A stretch of DNA of 64,000 nt from Octopus bimaculoides (GCF_001194135.2 NC_069002.1:33892819-33956818), one strand, 5' to 3'. Numbered from the stretch's first letter, positions 41,660 to 54,374 are shown. A program made the numbers and translations. Notes: generated by a model not told the origin, from the sequence alone.

Positions 41660-44165
41660 AACTAATACATATAGATACATACATACATACACACACATAT
41701 ATATGTATATATTGTGTGTGTGTGTGTGTCTGTCCGTGTTTATGTATGTAAACATTTATGTATGACGCTGTGTTATCTTTATTTAATGTATTTTATAGAG
41801 GAAATATTGTTTACACCATAAATCGCAAAACGTGAAAGAGTGCCTTTCAAATTCCAAAACCACAATGCGTTCAAGAAAGTACTTATTTGTTTGTAGTTTA
41901 GTTTCTTGCACAGTTAGTTTATTTTGAACTTGAGAAGTTCTTTCACGCTGAGTCTCAGCAAACGAAATAAATTCTGTTCCTTTCTGATTGGAATATGTTT
42001 TTTTGTAGTAGTAGTTTTGTAAAAGACACCAGTTTAGCAGTGGAAGAGCTTTATGTTTCCAGGTCTTTATGCCCACAGATTCCTAAACCGTTTACTTTAG
42101 CTGGGATACATTTTCAGCTGTCGTACGAGAATGTTGAAACCACTAAAACTACTACAAAATTTATATCATTTTCTTCAAAAAGGACACGATGAAATTTTCA
42201 CTCTGTTGTCTTTTGGCCGTTACTACACTAGTTAAAGTACCTTATATTCACTCTACCCGCCTTGGATGAACTTATATTTCGGTACGTAAAACCCTTATCT
42301 TCATTAGAATTGGGAAAACATGAGAGGAAGATAACTGAACATTTTAAAATATGGAACATAGATTTACACCTAAATCCCACACGAATTCTTCTGAATTCTT
42401 TAACGCGTTTCCAACTGTCCACCATAGCTATATTTTACTGGGTGTACATTTGAAACGTTTTGTATAAAATATATTTCATGGGAAACTTAGGAGGCACAGA
42501 ATGGGTATAAATTCATATTTTAAAAGATTTAGTACAACTTCAACTGCAATATTTATCAGCGTCCAATTATTTTTTGATCTACACCGTTTCAGAGTCCCTA
42601 TGTTAACTATATTATCATTTTTCTTGGTGATCAGCTTTTTCTGTAAAGACAGTGAGTTGAACAGCATATAATTTAATCGATATTGAAATAAAATATAATA
42701 AATGTAAAAGGAACAATGTATTGATACTTTCTCTTCAAAATTTATTCTGTACTAACACATACACACGCATACATATGTGTATGCCTGTGTGTATGTATGT
42801 ATTTATGTATTTGTGTATGTATATGTATCTGTGGGTATCTATATATGTATATATATATATATATAATTTCATAAGATATATTTGTTTATGAATAATATCG
42901 TTGAGAAAAAATGGAGTAAAATAGTATATATGTAATACTAGCGGTGCAGCAAAAAAAAAAACAATAAACCGAAGAAAGCATGTATCAGTAAAAATTACAT
43001 GAAACCAACAAGTATAGGAGACGAAAGCACAGGCTCCCTCAAATAATAAATCTAGAAAATGCGTTCGTGAATCCCTACAGAGGGAAACTGACAGAAAGAT
43101 TGCAAAAACAATGCAATACCAACTCAAAAACACCGCATCAAATATCTCATGTAGATAGTGAAACATATTCTGAAGAAAATTAGAGGAAAGCTTTATTTTT
43201 TAAACTTACTACTACTGTCGCTTTAGAATTCACTAGTTATTCGGGAAAGCGTATGAAATAACATTAATATAACTCATTCAAGCACCAGCTTCCGTTATTA
43301 ATGGATTAAGCATATATCAAGCAAAGGGTGTTCATATTTATCCTCGGATTAGACTATATTTTATAGTACCGTCAAATATTATGAATATATGTTAGAAATA
43401 TGATGTTTACAGAGAAAAAAAAAACTGTTATTGAGAATAGGATTCACTAAAACCAATTGAAAACCCCGTTTTGTAATGTAGGGTTTTATTTTATTTGAAC
43501 ATAGCTCCTAATAATGTTAGACGCTAATTAATTCTGACAGATCACAGTTTCCAGAGCTACCCTCACAGTTCATAAGATTGTTAACAGAAATTCGTTGAAA
43601 ACCAGCTTAAATTGTCTAGGCAGATTTATTGTGACAATGAAATAATTAGAAGATATTATCTACCAGAATATCTTGAAACGAGTTGCATCTTCTTTCACTT
43701 AACCGCTTCATAAGGCAATTATATTTAAATGTTTGTATGCGTGTGCATTTGTGTTTAAAATGTGTTATATGCAGATAAGCGCATGTATTTTACCCATAGA
43801 TGCATGCGTATAAAAGCAAATCTCAGTGTTTGAGGGTTCGTCTTTTTAAGCATGAAGAGCATGGTGCTATTACATCAAAAGTTACTTTTAATAGGCGTAT
43901 TATATCGCAATTTTTTTTTATTAGATAAACCTCTGCCAGACTTTGAATTCGTCAATGGATTCAAGTTGAGGTGTCCCAGCCTACTGTCCCCCTGTGTTCG
44001 ATGTTGAAGAGTTTGGCTGAAGTATACATTATGGGTTAAAGTGTGTGTAGAGTTCTGAAACATTGTCAAATTTTAATACTGAAAAGTATATGGGTTCAGC
44101 GATCGAAACATCTTGGACACAAGTATCATCGAAACATTAGAGAAAGAGACTTGTAAGTAGATAGT

Positions 44166-44354
44166 GATATTAGTTTAAAATTTTGGCAGTTTGTGGCGAG
44201 GTAAGAGTAAGCCGATTACCGCAACCCTGTTGTTTAACTGGTTTATGATTTATGGACCCAGAACGGGTAACGATAAAGTTGATTTTGAACTCATAACGAA
44301 AAGATGCCGCTTAGCATCTTATCCAGTGAGCTAATGGTTCTACCAGCTCACCGC
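44166..44354 (-). mobile_element. SINE family A, old degenerate copy
   Basis: The head gttctaccagctcaccgc and tttgaactcataacg are recognisable; the core is heavily mutated. Confidence 0.65.
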
Positions 44355-45154
44355 ATTAGTGTAGGTAGAAATATTAATAGTTATAATGTATGGTAAATGG
44401 AACCATAGATATTTAGAGATCTAGATAGCGCATCAATAAGAGAGAAAATTCTATTTCTAACATCGTATATTGGTAGTATTCTATAAATAAATATAGATAT
44501 CAATCTAAAATAACATTAATTTAAATTTTGTCTTGCTCAAACAAGTCTCTCAAACACAAGATGGATTGTACACTTGAAAGATTAGTGAAGCAGAAAGAAA
44601 ATTATTCGACAAAACTTTCGTCTTCTCCAAAATAAAAAAAAATAGCAAAAACAAAAAAAAAAGCATTGCTCAAAAGAAAATATTGAGTAAATTCTTATAA
44701 AAAGTGTAAAAGACAGATCACCGTGTAATTTCAATTTGGCATTAATGACTCTTGGAACATTCTGGATATGTTTGCGTTGTTTGCTTTTTATCCATTCTTA
44801 TATATTTTGTCAATGTGTTTTCTTTTACTCCCTATAATCGCCATTAATATTAATGTTGTTACTGTTGTTATATTAACTTCTTAATCATCAATTTATTGAT
44901 ATAACCAAATAATTCGTTATTGTCATATTTATTTTTATTCTTCAGGTTTTTTTTTGTTACTACGGCTCTTTTAATTGTTATTTTTCATTATTATTATTAT
45001 TAACAGCATTATGAATTATAAATAATGTTTTTATACGTATTATTTTTAGTTTCAAAAAACATTTTGAATAAACTAAATTAATATATAGTGTCAAAATATC
45101 GTTCAACCATGTAAACATGCATATATATGTGTATATATAGAGAGAGGAGAGAGC

Positions 45155-45185
<31 letters not shown>

Positions 45186-45524
45186 AAGTGTATGTGTAGT
45201 TGTGGGTGAATCTTTGCTTGTGTGTACATGCATGTAAGTGTGTGTTTTAAGAAAATTTATATTCGGTTCGATTGGTCAATGTTGTTTGTGTGTGTCTGTA
45301 TCAACGAATTTCTATTTATGTACGTTACTACGTCTTCATTCAGAGTCTGTAAACACTATCTGCAGACGTACACCATAAATATATCTGTACATGGGCTAAT
45401 TGTGGTGTCTGCATCTTCATGTCTTCTTTTGTTTATATAACACTCTGCGAGAGCCTATACTTACCCGTCTCACATGCATCTACATGTATACAAATATACA
45501 TTGCTCTACACTGTCTGTGTATCT

Positions 45525-45893
45525 GTTATTGGCATCCTTTTGTCTCGGGAGACAATGGAGTTGCGCATAAACTTATCTAGTCTGTTTTTAACATTTCATG
45601 TCCACTCCAGTTTCTTCTCCGATTTTGCGCAGGCCTGGGCTAGATGTAAAAAAATCCTGGGTAGCCCAATCGTCAGGATTCCTTTCTCGACCTTGCTGTC
45701 GTTGACCAAAGGAGTGCAGAGCATTACGCTTGATTCCAGCTTGGTTGCAGCACCTGTCGAAAGAGTGTCGAGTGGAACACTAAACCGCCTACGGGGACCC
45801 ACTCCAGATTTCTTCGAAGGTTGTGTCCTTTCCATAACCCTACAAAGGGGACCACACGAGATTCGTGTCAGGCAGGTTTTTCAATCCCTGAAG
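45525..45893 (-). mobile_element. RTE (BovB-like) LINE derivative: 3' terminus probably joined to 5'UTR sequence
   Basis: The minus strand ends ...gcgcaactccattgtctcccgagacaaaaggatgccaataac (SIVSRDKRMP), the pattern I recall for BovB-like RTE 3' ends. The upstream GC-rich 300 bp shows no RT motifs. Confidence 0.55.
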
Positions 45894-46050
45894 TAGTTAA
45901 GAAAATCGCTACCCACTACCTATGTGTATCTGTATGTACATATATTTCGTTATTTAGTAAAGCGCCACACATACAACCAAATCTGATTCACTTACCTTCT
46001 TATTTGTCTGAAGCCACGACGTTCGCACATCAATGGCTATACAAATTAAA

Positions 46051-46205
46051 AGTGTGGATGTGTAGTAAGAAGCTTGTTTCCCAGCAACATAGTTCCGGTT
46101 TCAGTCCCACTGCGTGGCACCTTGGGCAAGTGTCTTCTACTATAGCCTCGGTCAGACCAAAGCCTCATGAGTGGATTTGGTTGACGGAAATTGAAAGAAG
46201 CCTTA
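46051..46205 (+). mobile_element. SINE family B, 5' half, ending in (TA)n and a gap
   Basis: tttcagtcccactgcgtggcaccttgggcaagtgtcttctactatagcctcgg...ccaaagcc...gacggaaattgaaagaagcc. Confidence 0.92.
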
Positions 46206-46223
46206 TATCTATATATCTATCTA

Positions 46224-46256
<33 letters not shown>

Positions 46257-48115
46257 NNNNNNNNNNNNNNNNNNNNNNNNNNNNNNNNNNNNNNNNNNNN
46301 NNNNNNNNNNNNNNNNNNNNNNNNNNNNNNNNNNNNNNNNNNNNNNNNNNNNNNNNNNNNNNNNNNNNNNNNNNNNNNNNNNNNNNNNNNNNNNNNNNNN
46401 NNNNNNNNNNNNNNNNNNNNNNNNNNNNNNNNNNNNNNNNNNNNNNNNNNNNNNNNNNNNNNNNNNNNNNNNNNNNNNNNNNNNNNNNNNNNNNNNNNNN
46501 NNNNNNNNNNNNNNNNNNNNNNNNNNNNNNNNNNNNNNNNNNNNNNNNNNNNNNNNNNNNNNNNNNNNNNNNNNNNNNNNNNNNNNNNNNNNNNNNNNNN
46601 NNNNNNNNNNNNNNNNNNNNNNNNNNNNNNNNNNNNNNNNNNNNNNNNNNNNNNNNNNNNNNNNNNNNNNNNNNNNNNNNNNNNNNNNNNNNNNNNNNNN
46701 NNNNNNNNNNNNNNNNNNNNNNNNNNNNNNNNNNNNNNNNNNNNNNNNNNNNNNNNNNNNNNNNNNNNNNNNNNNNNNNNNNNNNNNNNNNNNNNNNNNN
46801 NNNNNNNNNNNNNNNNNNNNNNNNNNNNNNNNNNNNNNNNNNNNNNNNNNNNNNNNNNNNNNNNNNNNNNNNNNNNNNNNNNNNNNNNNNNNNNNNNNNN
46901 NNNNNNNNNNNNNNNNNNNNNNNNNNNNNNNNNNNNNNNNNNNNNNNNNNNNNNNNNNNNNNNNNNNNNNNNNNNNNNNNNNNNNNNNNNNNNNNNNNNN
47001 NNNNNNNNNNNNNNNNNNNNNNNNNNNNNNNNNNNNNNNNNNNNNNNNNNNNNNNNNNNNNNNNNNNNNNNNNNNNNNNNNNNNNNNNNNNNNNNNNNNN
47101 NNNNNNNNNNNNNNNNNNNNNNNNNNNNNNNNATATATATATATATACATACATTCACAGATGTTAGGTTAATATGGAAACAAAACTTATATTGTAATTG
47201 TTTAGATATTTATTACTGATGTTAACTTGACATTAAACTAATAGACAAAACTCACGTCAGCTATATCAGTTATTACATTTGAATGGGATAAAATATTTTA
47301 CAATACTGCTGAAATCAGCTGATCAGGTGTGATTGAATTAAATTCTTGTAAACATCACATTTCATTACTTATGAATTAGAAATATATTGTCTGATTTTCT
47401 TTTTTCCCTTCGTGTGATTTGACTTAGAAGTGGATACACATGGCTTGTAAACAGCTGATAATTGATGGCGTTTAAGATATTGCAAACTAAATTTATGCCT
47501 GTCATAACGTATGTAATTAGTTCTTTAAAGCGGGTATAATTATCGATATTTGCTTGATAATTATAAATGATCTCAAGGCAAAATGTTGCCATTGAGCTAG
47601 GAGGCAGTGCAGAAAATAGCTGCGATGCTATATATGAGAGAGCGAGAAAATTTTAAGGATCAGATAAAATCAAGCTATTGGAATAGTTAAGGCACCAAAG
47701 TAGACCTGCGGATAGCACACATGCACACTTGCTATGAGCACTGATTGAATATGCATCACTCCATTTATACGTAAATTTACAAATACTATACTGACCGAAT
47801 ACACAACGTGTATGCGAGGTCTCACGGGAGTACACACACGGTACGTATTTCACAGTCGACTATAGTCTCCAGATCCGATCGTTAACACGAACTTCCACCT
47901 CAGATCCACACGATACATTTTAGTCAGAAAATGTTTGTTACACATTTTACCGGTTGAGTGGACGTGAGTAGAGTAAAGTAGAGTATTTTGCTTGCTCAAG
48001 AGCACAAACCATTGCTCGTTCAAAGAATCGAAGCCGCAGTTTTATAACCATAGGCACTATGCCGAACCCATAAGATGCGCAACTCCGCACACACGAGTGC
48101 AAACATACGCATACA

Positions 48116-48186
<71 letters not shown>

Positions 48187-48231
48187 TAGTATTCTATCCG
48201 GCGCGGTAACGATTCTGCCAGCTCGACGGCT
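48187..48231 (-). mobile_element. SINE family A, head fragment
   Basis: ccggcgcggtaacgattctgccagctcgacggc. Confidence 0.75.
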
Positions 48232-48250
48232 TAAATTTGTCTTCTATTAA

Positions 48251-48421
48251 TCCTTTCTACTATAGGCACAATGCCTGGTGTTTCGGGGGGAGGGGAGTAG
48301 TCGAGGTCATCGACCCCAGTGTTTCACTGGTACTTAATTTATCGACTCCGACAAAATAAAGGGCAAAGTCGACCTCGGCATTTTTCCTCAGCACGGAAAC
48401 GTCTCTGCCGACTCGCCGCCC
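48251..48421 (-). mobile_element. SINE family A copy with internal deletion and 19-bp TSD
   Basis: tcctttctactataggcaca tail and cgaccccagtgtttcactggtacttaatttatcgac core. Flanks are taaatttgtcttctattaa (48232-48250) and taaatttgtctcctaataa (48422-48440). Confidence 0.88.
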
Positions 48422-48540
48422 TAAATTTGTCTCCTAATAAATAATAGCAACGTCATGAATATAGAAAAACTACAGCAAATGCACCACGACGACCACCACT
48501 ACGAACAACACCAACTGCGTCATTCAGTACCCCCACCCCT

Positions 48541-48543
48541 TAC

Positions 48544-48589
<46 letters not shown>

Positions 48590-48610
48590 TCCATCATCAT
48601 CGTCAACATC
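48541..48610. repeat. (CAT)n microsatellite
   Basis: Directly visible. Confidence 0.95.
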
Positions 48611-48853
48611 AACGGCGTTATTATATATTCGTTTCAGGTCTAAGCACATGAGTTAGGCTATTATTTGTGATTGAAAGCTGCTATTCTCCTGGGTCGGTGT
48701 ACTCTGGTCTTTCACTGTACCACACAAATGTATCTCACTCTCTGTCTGTTTCTGTTTTTGCTATATTATTCAGTATTATGTCGTTAATTTGCTTGTAGTC
48801 GATGTTTGTGGTGACGGTTCATGTGAATGTTGTTGCTGCTGTTGTTCTCGCTT

Positions 48854-48964
48854 TTATTGCTGCCGTTGTCGTGGTATGTGTTGTTGTTGTTGTTGTTGTT
48901 GCTGTTTGTTTAAAGCGTGTCCCTTTATGTAGTCGGCCTCTTCTGAAGAGCCGAAGTATTCCAC
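48854..48964 (-). other. Candidate terminal exon (VEYFGSSEEADYIKGHALNKQQQQQQQQHIPRQRQQ*), unverified
   Basis: Minus-strand acceptor ctttcatgttactccagCAG|GTG, CpG-rich non-repeat sequence, polyQ, and AATAAA overlapping the stop. No homology recognised. Confidence 0.2.
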
Positions 48965-50884
48965 CTGCTGGAGTAACATGAAAGGAACGCGGCGCGGAGA
49001 AAATCGAAATGAAAAGCGTCGGTGTGAGAGACCTGGATTGACGGGGAAAATATTAAATAGAGAGTAAGATATGACGGGAGGGGAAGGAGGAGGCCGAGGG
49101 AATAGAGATAGAGAAAGATGTAGGGAAAAGAGAGAGGGGGGAAGAATAGGTAGAGAAAAGAGGAGGAAGAATAGGTAGAGAGAAGATAGAGAGAGGGAAC
49201 GAGAGAACGAGTGATATAGATACATATGGAAACATGCGCACATACACACACATAAACACACACAGACATACCAACACGCGCGCGCAAACGCAGACACACA
49301 GACATACAAAGAGAGACTGCTGGAGAGCAAAAGTGGTTACTAAAAAAAAAAAACAAAGTGAAAAGAGAAAAAACAACTCCTAAACGTTTTAGAGTTGAAA
49401 AGTCACATTGTCAGTAAGATTCAATCTAACATTGTCAAAGTTTTCTACCTACAAAGATAGCCTTTCTACCCTTTTCCTACCCGATTCCACTCCATTTAAC
49501 TCTTCCTTTAGTATCTCTATTGAAGACATCTAAGAGGAGGTGGAGGAGGAGAAAAAAGTCGCGGAAGAGTAGGAAGAGAAAGGTGGCAGAGGGAAAAAAG
49601 GAGAAGCGGAGCAGGAGGAGAATGAACAGGTAGTGGATAAGTTAGAGAAAAAAGGAAGATTTTGAAATGAAAGGTAGAAGAGGAGGAACATGGCGGCTTT
49701 ACGAAATATCTTTCTATTTTTGTTTCTTTGTTTTTTTCCGTGTTTTGTTTTTAAGTGGGTTATTTATTTTTCTCCCCATTCAAGCATTTTATTTATTTAT
49801 CTTCATTTTTATTTATTTACCTTTTTTGTATATTCCGCCTCTGCCATTCTTCAATGTATGTTCCCTTGTTACATGTCATTTAGTAATGGATGTAGGAACA
49901 GAATAACCAAAAAAAAAAAAAAAACACACAAACACAACAGCCACTACAACAACAACAACAATAATAATAATAATAAAAATAAAGCAATAAAAATATTGCA
50001 AATAATAATATTCTGAGTGTGTAGCTGAATTCGATGTCATCTAAAAGAAGTAATATATATGTTTGTGTGTTTGAGTCTAATTGTGTGCGTTTGCGTGCGA
50101 GTGCGTGTGCGTGTGTGCGTGTGTGTGTGTGTATTTTTATTCTGAAATATAATAAAGCAGTTTGGTATACAACAAGGGATTGTCTTGTAATGTTAACAAA
50201 CCAAAAACTTACAGTCAAATTGCTTCGACAATCTACTGCAAGATGAAAGTGGTGGAAAAATCAGGAAATGCAACCTCTTGAGATGGAATTATGGCATCTG
50301 CAAATCTTCCCATCTGTAAAGACACACAGACATGCTTGATATGTAAGGAGTTAGCATAGCATAAAATTACACAAAAGTGAAAGAAACGCTTTTGGAATTT
50401 TTTCATCCAGTCATTGGAATGACATTAAAATCAGAAAAGAATTCCTCAAATACATCGAAGAACACTAAAAAAAGAAAAGAAAACAACAACAGAATACAAA
50501 GCAAAACCTAGAACCAAACAAACGAAAAATAAATAAATCAACAATAGATAAATAAATGCTTATAGAATATGCGATAACATTATCATATTATATATGAAAT
50601 ATTCGGTAAAAATATCCGACAAAGCAACGGGAGTCTTACGTAAAGGCTGACAATGAGTATTTTTCTGGTTTCTGTTTCATAAAAAAGTAATCATTCGAAT
50701 CCAGTAATATTTATGGTGTTCCTCTGGTGGTTGCGTCAGTATAATACTGAAATTGTATGCGAGGCGATAATATTTAATGTGTGGTGTATATGATTCTAAT
50801 TGTTTATCTTTCTCTGATGACGTTTTCGTCACCATTCTCACTTGATTGTAGTCTACAATGGCGAGATCTTTTCGGCTTATATTT

Positions 50885-51244
50885 TTGTTTGTTTCAGCCA
50901 TTTGACTGCGGCCATGCTGGGGTATCGCCTCTAGTCGAACACATCGACCCCAGGACTTAGTCTTTGTAAGCCTAGTACTTATTATATTGGTCTCTTTTGC
51001 CGAATCGATAAGACATGGGGACGTAAACACAGAAACATCGGTTGTCAAGCGATGATGTGTGAGATAGACACACACACACACAAACGTACACACACACACA
51101 CACACATACACATACGACAAGCTTCCTTCAGTTTCCGTCTACCAAATCTACTTACAAGTTTCTGGTCGGCCCGAGCCCGAGGCTATAATACAAGGTGAAC
51201 CATGTGGTCGGAAAGCAAGAAACTTGCAACACAGTTACTCCTAC

Positions 51245-51245
<1 letters not shown>
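50885..51245 (-). mobile_element. SINE family B, near full length with a small head deletion
   Basis: tttcagccatttgactgcggccatgctgg...cgaccccaggact...gtaagcctagtact...ggttgtcaagcgatg...cagtttccgtctaccaaatc...gtcggcccgag. Confidence 0.92.
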
Positions 51246-51289
<44 letters not shown>

Positions 51290-52600
51290 CGAACGCCATG
51301 CATCCTTTTCCAAGTAAGTTTTCTCTTAATAATTTACGATGCGCACTCTTATTCTATCTCTTTTCTGTCTATCTACCCCACTCTCTTGTTCTTCCTTTCT
51401 GTTTTTTTTTCTCTCACACCCTTTCCCTATTCTTTTCCTCTCCCCTTCACAGTTATCTGTCTCTCTCACTCTTCCTCCTTGACTCTCTCGTTGATCACAC
51501 GTGACTAACGGTCATTCTCTCTTTCTTTCACTTCCTTCCTAACGGTATGACATGTTTTATCTGTCTCTTCTCAAAGCTCGTTTTACCAGCGTTCACCACT
51601 TCACATTGTCTTGGCTTAACAGCCCTCACCGTTTGTTTTTACTGTCTTGTTCTCACTGTCCTGTTTTTGTTACCACATTCACCCTCCGCAAAAAATCCCA
51701 AATTTTATTTTATTTGCTTCGCGGGATGGAATGTTTTAACGAAGTCACGTATTGCACTTGCCTTCGAAACACGGAGTAGATAAAACAGGGGCAACTGATT
51801 AAGGGGTATGCTCTTTATGTTGCATGTCTCGTTTCTCTGCTTCTTTTTTTTCGTTGTTCGAAAAAAACGTTCGTTTTCTATGTTTTCGGTTTTAAATACG
51901 TTTACGTTTTGTGAAATACAGGTGAAACAGTTGTTTTCAATTTGCAGCAGAAAATCGTCTATATTTGTTTGTGGTGGAGAGGGTGGGATGCGGTGGCGCT
52001 AGCAATGTGGCCTGAGTGCCAATGGGAGAGGGCAGCCTCAAAATGTTCTGCAACTATTATTCTATAAGATATCCTCCGAACAACAAACCTGATGGTATTA
52101 TTGCTCTTCCTGTAGAAACTGCAAAATGATGATGATCATCTATCCAGCATTGCGCTACTAAATCCTCGCCGGAGCAGGCATGAAGAAGTCACAAGGACAG
52201 ATGTAGAGAATTATGTCTACATAGATGCAGTGCGCAAAATATTTGTCAGGCATATATCACATCCATGTCTTTGAAAAGAACCATTTTCCTTATTTCATTT
52301 AAGCGAATTCCGAGTTCATGTGCTACACGTTCAGAGCAATGAGATTAGATTTTATCCTCTTGAAGCTTTCGATGGGTCTAAAAGAGAAACGCTAATATTA
52401 ACCTTTGGTAGTTCCATATGACATTAGTGTGGGCTCTCTACCATTATCTTCAGCTAAATATTGTTCCTGAATGTGTGTGTATATGTATATATATATANNN
52501 NNNNNNNNNNNNNNNNNNNNNNNNNNNNNNNNNNNNNNNNNNNNNNNNNNNNNNNNNNNNNNNNNNNNNNNNNNNNNNNNNNNNNNNNNNNNNNNNNNNN

Positions 52601-53427
52601 TTACATAGTCAAAGCAAATGAAACTAAACAGGCTTAATGTTGAGTAACATAAAATTTATTATTCCAAATTTAAATGACAAATTTAAAGGCATGTGGATAC
52701 CATGAATGATTTCATAAATGTTCAATATGCGCACCGCCTGAGACACGGCACGCGTCCAATCGGTAGTCCATCTCCTCCCAAACACGCTGCAGTATATCTT
52801 GATTAACAGTCTTCAGTGCGGTAGTGATTCTCTGTTCGACTACCTCTACGTTTGCAGGAAACTAGAAGTTCCTTGAACTCGCCTTCTTCAGGTTTCTCTT
52901 GCGTATCAACACAGAATTGTTTGCGCTTTCGCCTGTCACCTGCCATTATGGCCTGAACGAGCTGCAGCATGTAGGGTTTCTTCCGTACACACCAAACTAT
53001 CGTTGGAGGAATCTGGGTTTCCAGACTTGTTTTTCTTACGAACGTCTTGGGCGTTTCCAAGAGTTTTTGGCGAACCGGCTCGAAAGTCTCTTCCGATGTT
53101 TCTTATCGTTCAGATCATTTTGCCCTGCTCAGACAGCCTTCCTCATTGAATTTTTTTGTGCCATTCCCAAATGTGCATTACTGTTGGTGATTTTTTACAG
53201 AACTCTCTTACAAATGCATGCTTCACAGTCTTGTTCGATTGTGTTCGAGCATACTCCAACACACAAAACGCCTTTTCTCTTCCAGTGAATGCCATTTCTA
53301 TACCTGAAAAGATAAACATAAACTTTGAACATAACCTTTTTGACCTGTTTCTACACATGCTTTTAAAATTTGAAATGATTTGAGCGAGACCTGGTTAAGT
53401 TAATATTAAGTTTTTTGAAACACCCTA
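52601..53427 (-). mobile_element. Tc1/mariner-superfamily DNA transposon (probably rosa/DD41D-like), internally deleted
   Basis: The 5' terminus reads TA|TAGGGTGTTTCAAAAAAC on the minus strand (53429 downward), a TA|CAGGGTG-type end, with transposase remnants inside. The other TIR probably lies in the gap at 52498-52600. Confidence 0.85.
52712..53295 (-). pseudogene. Transposase pseudogene lacking the DDD catalytic domain
   Basis: The N-terminus MAFTGREKAFCVLEYARTQSNKTVKHAFVREF...W.WHKK, then ...TSLETQIPPTIVW.VRKKPYMLQLVQA...RKQFCVD...ELLV, is fused at 52858/52859 to the C-terminus PANVEVVEQRITTALKTVNQDILQRVWEEMDYRLDACRVSGGAHIEHL*. Frameshifts and stops are present. Confidence 0.88.
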
Positions 53428-53946
53428 TATATATTCTTCACTTGTTCACACACACATTGCTATATATGCATGAGAATATACATTATATAAATGGGGAGAG
53501 GTATACATGTGTGTGAGTGTCGCGTGTGAGTGGTTGCTTATGCATACATATACACGTACAGACACACATACATACACGCGCGCACACACATGCACAAACA
53601 CAAAAACACGCACGCATACACACATATTACCTCTCAGTCGGCTTGTAAGCAGAACTAAGCAATGTTCTGGGACCTGAAGCGTGTCGTTAGTATCTTACCA
53701 TTGAATAACGTGTAATGGAAATATGACAACCGAAGTATATTGTGTTCTTATCTATTTGGTAATTCCAATTATATTGACATGACATCATGTAGAAATGGTA
53801 TCTACTACTTGGCACCGTGAACTGACTCGCAGACTGATTTACTTATTAAGAGTCCGTTTTGATTATCTGAACATTTTTTGAAATAGAATATCGATTTTAT
53901 TACTATAACTATATTTTTTTCTTTTTCAATCGAAACATACTTGTAC

Positions 53947-53998
<52 letters not shown>

Positions 53999-54374
53999 CC
54001 GGAATATATTTAAATAAAACTTCATCAATTTAAATGTCTGAATTATACAAGTTTTGTTGCTTTTATTGAGTTTATAATTTTCTGCACTGTTACCGACATA
54101 TTTCAGAGTTTTTATTTTCATTTATGTATAATGTTTATATCTAAAAATGTTTCCATTGGTTTCGGTTTCATGTCCGCTTTATAACAGGTGGCTTGTATTT
54201 CTGATTAAATTTATGGTTCAAAAAGGAAATTAAGTATGAATCTTATAGTTGGAAACCTTGTTTCTTTGAGTTCAGTCTCAATGTGCTATCAATCAAGGCC
54301 TATTGAGTAAAGCCGGTAGACTGAATCTAATATTGTGTCGGTCCCTGTATATATATATAAGGTGTGTGTGTGTG

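Noticed and set aside
43925-43970. Possible 46-nt exon (DKPLPDFEFVNGFKLR)
   Set aside because: The acceptor is plausible but the donor (gtgtcc) is weak, and no homology was recognised.
51750-51760. TATTGCACTTG, identical to the 5' 11 nt of miR-92
   Set aside because: The remainder diverges and there is no complementary arm to form a pre-miRNA hairpin.
52116-52275. Possible exon after ctcttcctgtag (KLQNDDDHLSSIALL...)
   Set aside because: There is no canonical donor, no recognised homology, and it lies beside a transposon.
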